Below, piece by piece: positions 59,249 to 64,000 of a DNA stretch of 64,000 nt. Where the stretch lies: assembly GCA_963663385.2 (NCBI GenBank), contig CAXXXD010000003.1:1408001-1472000 (forward strand), read 5' to 3'. This DNA comes from Oceanispirochaeta sp. (lineage in GTDB: Bacteria > Spirochaetota > Spirochaetia > DSM-2461). Position numbers and translations under genes: made by a program. The notes beneath the pieces are model-generated. The model saw nothing but the letters and a program-made list of their open reading frames with translations. It ran no database searches and was not told the DNA's origin. Every line of letters begins with the position of its first letter. Position 1 is the stretch's first letter.

Positions 59249-59941
59249 TGTATAAATAAAGTTATAAAGATCTTCCTCGTACTCAGTACCATCGAATTCG
59301 GCAATATAGAGTTCCTTACCGGCTATCACTCTTTTCTGGCTCAGATTACCGCTTACATTAATCTGATAGGCACCAACCGTCAGGTTGATATTTTTCAGTT
59401 CCTTTAGCAGACAGGACTCCAGTTCCGCCTCCCCGGATAGGGAGAGAGCTTTCGGACTGATATCATGCAAATCACAGGTAAAGCTTTTCCCATCGCATTC
59501 AAAACTGAACTGACTGATGGTTTCACTATAGCTTCCGAAACGGACATGTTCCCGTTTGCCATGGGCCTCTGCATCTTCCAGTATGGCTTTCAAAGATTTT
59601 AAAATTTCCTGTTCAGACTGATCCAGAGAGATATAATCCTTTATTTTATCCCCGTAGGTTACACCTTCCCTGAAAAAAGAATAAACCTGAAGGTCCTTGA
59701 AAATGCCCAGATGCAGTGTTTTATCATTAAAATTCTGAAGATCAAAATCCTCATAGGGATAATCCGAGTTTATAAACAACACTGAATCGGGATAGGATTC
59801 CAGCAAGGGAAACAGCTTTTCCGTATTGTTTAATTTATATATTTCATAACCATCCTCAAAGAGTTTTCTCAGGATAGCTTTAGAGAAATCCACTGGAGGA
59901 TACAGGAAAAAGATTTTTTTCCCCAGGTTAAATTGATTCAT
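59204..59941 (-). CDS. hypothetical protein with C-terminal PilZ-like domain
   Basis: REHVR (RxxxR) followed by HDISPKA (DxSxxG variant). Confidence 0.6.
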   Translation of the reverse strand: MNQFNLGKKIFFLYPPVDFSKAILRKLFEDGYEIYKLNNTEKLFPLLESYPDSVLFINSDYPYEDFDLQNFNDKTLHLGIFKDLQVYSFFREGVTYGDKIKDYISLDQSEQEILKSLKAILEDAEAHGKREHVRFGSYSETISQFSFECDGKSFTCDLHDISPKALSLSGEAELESCLLKELKNINLTVGAYQINVSGNLSQKRVIAGKELYIAEFDGTEYEEDLYNFIYTSLEKRMDEFIQTLN

Positions 59942-60011
59942 AAGGACTCCTAAATATATTTGTCCCTTATTCTAACAGATCTCGTGAGTAAAAACAATTT
60001 TTTGCATGGAT

Positions 60012-60674
60012 TTATATCAGGTAAAAGGCAAAGCTCAGATAAAAACTGATACTCCCGGCCAGTACAAAAAGGTGCCATATGACATGACTGAAGGGGATCC
60101 GTTTTGAGAGGTAGAAAATAATCCCCAGGGAGTACATTACGCCGCCGATGACAGCCCACAGAACAAATCCGAATGGCATGACACGCACAAGAGGTTTGGC
60201 CGCTACGATTATGACCCAGCCCATTGGCAGATACAACAGGTCCGTGTAAAGGTGTTTTTCCTTAAAAATCAGGACCTTCAAGAGGATTCCTGCAATAGCC
60301 AATCCCCATATGACTCCGAAAATAGACCAGCCCCAGCCCCCCTGAAGGCCCAGCAGAGCAACCGGTGTGTACGTACCGGCAATAAGCAGATAGATGGATG
60401 CCTGATCCAGGATACGGAAGCTTCTATGAATACGAGGCATATCCGAGAACTGGTGTGTAAGGGCGGATGAGAGGTACAGGAGAATCTGAAAAGCCCCGTA
60501 CAGACTGAATGAGACATATTGGATGGCACTTCCCCCGTTAAGCCTTGTAAGCACAAGCAGAAACACCAGGCCGGCAATACTCATTCCTGCTCCGATGCTA
60601 TGGGTTACAGAATTGAGTTTTTCTTCGATTGTATGAAAAATCCGATCTTTTTCTATTCCAATTGTCATTTCCAT
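60012..60674 (-). CDS. hemolysin III / PAQR family membrane protein
   Basis: EEKLNSVTH, LDQASIYLLIAGTYTP, HVIWHLFV. Confidence 0.92.
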   Translation of the reverse strand: MEMTIGIEKDRIFHTIEEKLNSVTHSIGAGMSIAGLVFLLVLTRLNGGSAIQYVSFSLYGAFQILLYLSSALTHQFSDMPRIHRSFRILDQASIYLLIAGTYTPVALLGLQGGWGWSIFGVIWGLAIAGILLKVLIFKEKHLYTDLLYLPMGWVIIVAAKPLVRVMPFGFVLWAVIGGVMYSLGIIFYLSKRIPFSHVIWHLFVLAGSISFYLSFAFYLI

Positions 60675-60791
60675 CAGTGAATTATAAGACAGGTATTCCT
60701 GTTTTAAAATAGGAGATAAACACTATTTTCTTTTTAACACTAAAAAAATGAACAAGTAACTTATGCTATCTGATAAATATGAGTACTCCTT

Positions 60792-61256
60792 TTATGCCGG
60801 AAACAATGCCAGGTAAATCTGAACCTGTCCGTCCTGATCCTCTCCACCGGGAACACGGTAAAGCCCGGCCGCGTCCAATGAATGAACAGCCAATGCGGAT
60901 AGTTCCCGTGCCAGATTGGCATCGGCTTTGAATGTCCCTACCTTGAAAATATCGAAGCCTGTTTCGTCATAGAGCGCATTGAGAACAGCCGCCCTTTCCC
61001 GGAATTCCTCTCTCAAACTCTCGTTGGCCCAGCCCCAGAGCCAGTTTTTGCTTACAGGTGCCAGAGATCCGATTACAATAACAGAAAACTGACACCTGAG
61101 CACACTATCCTTTTCAAAACGGAGGATCCGGCTATCCAGATCAAGCACATACTCATCCTGACCGCTTAACCCGAAATCAGCCTTAAGCTGTTTCTGCTTT
61201 TTCTCCAGTTCAATGCTGCAGCGGTCGGCGTACATCTGTAATTCTCTTTCTGTCAT
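60792..61256 (-). CDS. hypothetical protein, DUF6882-like
   Basis: IGS....WLWGWAN motif; GAGGG SD. Confidence 0.7.
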   Translation of the reverse strand: MTERELQMYADRCSIELEKKQKQLKADFGLSGQDEYVLDLDSRILRFEKDSVLRCQFSVIVIGSLAPVSKNWLWGWANESLREEFRERAAVLNALYDETGFDIFKVGTFKADANLARELSALAVHSLDAAGLYRVPGGEDQDGQVQIYLALFPA

Positions 61257-61633
61257 GCCCTCAAATCCCCCTAGACTGAAGTTTTCTTAAATTTATACCT
61301 CTGATTTAAATGCTATACAATCCCTGCCGGGATTTCTGCCCTATACTGGTAAGAAATTGATATAACAGACCTTATTAACAGGTTTTGGGCGTCAAATTTT
61401 TAAAAGGGAGCCAAATTTCAGAAAAACGACCTCTTTAATAATAATCGCCCCCTAATTTTAAATTTGCCTCTTTCGGGAGCCAGACAGAGCAGATATTCTT
61501 AAGTGAATGAAAAGTGAGAGAAAAAGTGTTTTTCTCTGTGCGGAGACATATGGGATGGAAAAAAATTGAGGGTGGATAATGTGAACAGATTATCTCTCAA
61601 GGATATAGAACTGAAGTTTAAGGAGGTTGTACA

Positions 61634-62371
61634 ATGAGTGCTCCTAAAATAGAAATATGTTTAGAATCGATTGAATCAGTCATTGCAGCGGAAAAAGGCG
61701 GTGCAGATCGCGTAGAGTTTTGTGCGGATCTTTTTGAGGGAGGAACAACGCCTTCACTCGGAGCTTTCAAAACCGCAAGAAAGCATAGCTCTATTGCAAT
61801 GAATGTAATGATTCGCCCCCGTGGCGGAGATTTCTGTTACAGCACTCTCGAGTTTGAAGCCATGCTTGAGGATGTGAAAACCTTTAAGGAAGCCGGGGCC
61901 GATGCTATTGTTTTTGGTATTTTAACCGCCGATGGACACATCGATATACCTCGTTCAAAGCAGATTATCGAAGCGGCACGGCCTCTTGCTGTTACTTTTC
62001 ACAGAGCCTTCGATATGACAAGGGATGCAAGTGAGTCTCTTGAGACTCTCATCGACCTTGGAGTTGAGAGAGTGCTGACAAGCGGACTTGAGGCAACGGT
62101 TCCAGAGGGGATGTGGACGCTTAAAAAGCTGGTAAAGCAGGCTGGCGACCGCATTATTGTTATGCCTGGCTGTGGGATTACCGAAAGAAATTTCGCTTTT
62201 ATCGATGAACACATTCACGCAAAGGAATACCATGTTTTCCTTCCTCACGATGTAGAGTCAAAAATGGAGTATCGTCCGGACCATATTTTTATGGGCGGAG
62301 TATTACGGCAGCCTGAGTTTGCCATCTCTCATACAGACAGTAATAGAGTAAAAAATATTGTAAACAAGTAG
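61634..62371 (+). CDS. cutC: CutC-family (copper homeostasis annotation) TIM-barrel protein
   Basis: EIC, GADRVE, GGTTPS, MIRPRGGDF, TFHRAFD, LTSG. Confidence 0.94.
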   Translation: MSAPKIEICLESIESVIAAEKGGADRVEFCADLFEGGTTPSLGAFKTARKHSSIAMNVMIRPRGGDFCYSTLEFEAMLEDVKTFKEAGADAIVFGILTADGHIDIPRSKQIIEAARPLAVTFHRAFDMTRDASESLETLIDLGVERVLTSGLEATVPEGMWTLKKLVKQAGDRIIVMPGCGITERNFAFIDEHIHAKEYHVFLPHDVESKMEYRPDHIFMGGVLRQPEFAISHTDSNRVKNIVNK

Positions 62372-62394
62372 ATAGTAAGACAGGAGGAAACATT

Positions 62395-63876
62395 ATGCAT
62401 ACAAAACGCGTCCTCGTTGGAGGATTACACCATGAATCAGATACTTTCAATCCTATCGTTACCGGGAGAAAGGATATCTGGGTTCGCCGCGGCCAGGAAC
62501 TTCTTGATCACAAGGGCAGAGATTCCTGTTCCGGTGAGATTGCCACCTTATTGAAGGCCGGATATGAGGTAGTGCCGACTCTTATCGCAAGAGCCGTCCC
62601 AAACGGAGAATGGGATACCGGGTATTACAAAGAGTTGAAAGAGGAATTCCTCGACGGCATCCGCAAGGCAGGAAAGCTCGATGCGCTCTGTCTCTCTCTG
62701 CATGGTTCGATGAGGGTAAAGGGTATTGGAGAAGCTGAAGGTGATTTGCTTGAAGCTATCCGGGAAATCTGCCCTGATATCCCTATTGTCACGAGTCTGG
62801 ATATGCACGCCACCGTTACTCCCCGAATGATGAAGTATGCAGATGCCTTCGTCGGCTATAAATGCGCCCCCCATACCGATACATATGAAACGGGAGAACA
62901 CGCTGCTCAAATTACCATTGATATGCTCGAAAAAGGTTTCAGACCTGTTATGAAAGCGGTAAGAGTCCCTTTCCTCGTTGCCGGTGAGCAGAGTGAAACT
63001 TCTGTAGAGCCTATGAAGAGCCTTATCGCCCGTTTGAGAGAGGAGGAAAAAAATGATGAACATGTGCTCGCCTGCTCTATTCTTCTCGGCTTTCCCTGGG
63101 CTGATACGGAAGAAAACGGCGTGTGTGCCCTCGTGGTTACCGATGGTGATGAAGAAAAGGCGAAAGATAAAGCTATGGAGCTTGCACAGCTTTTTCAGGA
63201 GACTAGGGAACGGTTCTGTTTCTATAACGAAACCCGTTATCCTGAAGATGCTCTTGAAGCCGCGAAGCAGAGCCTGAACGATGGGATCTACCCTGTTGTT
63301 ATCTCCGATTCCGGTGACAACCCCACCGCAGGTTCTTCTCAGGATGTGACCAATTTCCTTTCTCTTATCCTACAGGATAAAACCCTAAAGGCTCTCAATC
63401 CTCCTCTGGTATATCAGGGGTTTTATGATCCCGGGGTGATCGAAAAAGCTAAGAAGGCCGGAGTTGGTAAAAAGGTAAAAGGAACACTCGGTGCCTGTTT
63501 TGACAAAGAGAAAAGCAGCCCTGTCCCAATTGACGCTACGGTAAAAGCTATTGTGGAACACTGGGAAGGGGCAGAAGGCAGCGACCTGGTACTCCTGGAT
63601 GTGGAAGGCGTTGATGTGGTGGTTACAAGCGGCCATGTGGGCTGTTATGATCCTGAAATGATGAGAGTGCTCGGCGTTACTCCCGAAAAGTGCAGGGTTA
63701 TTGTGGTAAAACTCGGCTATCTTGAGCCGGAGATCAGAGCGATAGCCAAACGCTCCATGATGGCGCTAACCACCGGTTCTACCGATGAAGTCTTTGAACG
63801 GCTGCCTTATAAAAAATTACCTCGTCCGATTTATCCCCTCGATAAAGAGTTCGAAGTGCATCTTGAATATATTTAA
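62395..63876 (+). CDS. M81-family (MlrC-like) metallopeptidase
   Basis: HESDTF, LHG, DMHA, PHTD, DSGDNPxAG, RPIYPLD. Confidence 0.9.
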   Translation: MHTKRVLVGGLHHESDTFNPIVTGRKDIWVRRGQELLDHKGRDSCSGEIATLLKAGYEVVPTLIARAVPNGEWDTGYYKELKEEFLDGIRKAGKLDALCLSLHGSMRVKGIGEAEGDLLEAIREICPDIPIVTSLDMHATVTPRMMKYADAFVGYKCAPHTDTYETGEHAAQITIDMLEKGFRPVMKAVRVPFLVAGEQSETSVEPMKSLIARLREEEKNDEHVLACSILLGFPWADTEENGVCALVVTDGDEEKAKDKAMELAQLFQETRERFCFYNETRYPEDALEAAKQSLNDGIYPVVISDSGDNPTAGSSQDVTNFLSLILQDKTLKALNPPLVYQGFYDPGVIEKAKKAGVGKKVKGTLGACFDKEKSSPVPIDATVKAIVEHWEGAEGSDLVLLDVEGVDVVVTSGHVGCYDPEMMRVLGVTPEKCRVIVVKLGYLEPEIRAIAKRSMMALTTGSTDEVFERLPYKKLPRPIYPLDKEFEVHLEYI

Positions 63877-63895
63877 GGCTGATTGAACAGGAGAT

Positions 63896-63924
63896 AAGGG
63901 GAAAGCGGGGCTTTCCCCTTTTTT
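63896..63924 (+). terminator. intrinsic terminator after the M81 gene
   Basis: AAGGGGAAAGC-GGG-GCTTTCCCCTT followed by T run. Confidence 0.88.
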
Positions 63925-64000
63925 GTTATAAATGTGATACTGAATTATCATTGGGAATTGAATAGCAATATGGCATTATATGTACAATATAAGTACTCTA

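Noticed and set aside
63935..63950. TGATA-N6-TATCA inverted repeat
   Set aside because: Short, AT-rich, and the downstream gene is outside the window

Overview
Core chromosome of a free-living spirochaete (Spirochaetaceae-like, inferred from the FlaB-type flagellin, short SMC next to a PUR protein, and gene order). Housekeeping content: rluB end-cmk-rpsA followed by a GAF/sigma54 activator, a TPR protein and a CHASE2 adenylate cyclase; a long minus-strand run mltG-dnaG-rpoD-Zn-ribbon-rnpB-TPR-mreBCD-mrdA-rodA-radical SAM; tRNA-Tyr/Thr/Tyr; flaB; cca; rpmF-acpP-rnc; coaD; ffh-rpsP-khpA-rimM-trmD-rplS; smc; a cobamide-completion operon; cutC plus an M81 peptidase. No mobile element or CRISPR array was seen. 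Best leads: (1) a tightly coupled five-gene operon at 46710-52435 (hypothetical protein, metallophosphoesterase, membrane Ser/Thr kinase, multi-TM protein with degenerate FHA, exported vWA-TM-FHA-like protein); (2) a 54-aa FlgM-like gene missing from the ORF track, behind a GGA-hairpin-rich leader and a possible sigma28 promoter (36188-36598); (3) a PUR protein with two tandem repeats; (4) several genes that look leaderless; (5) an SMC with no recognisable hinge. All family calls are by eye; no searches were run.
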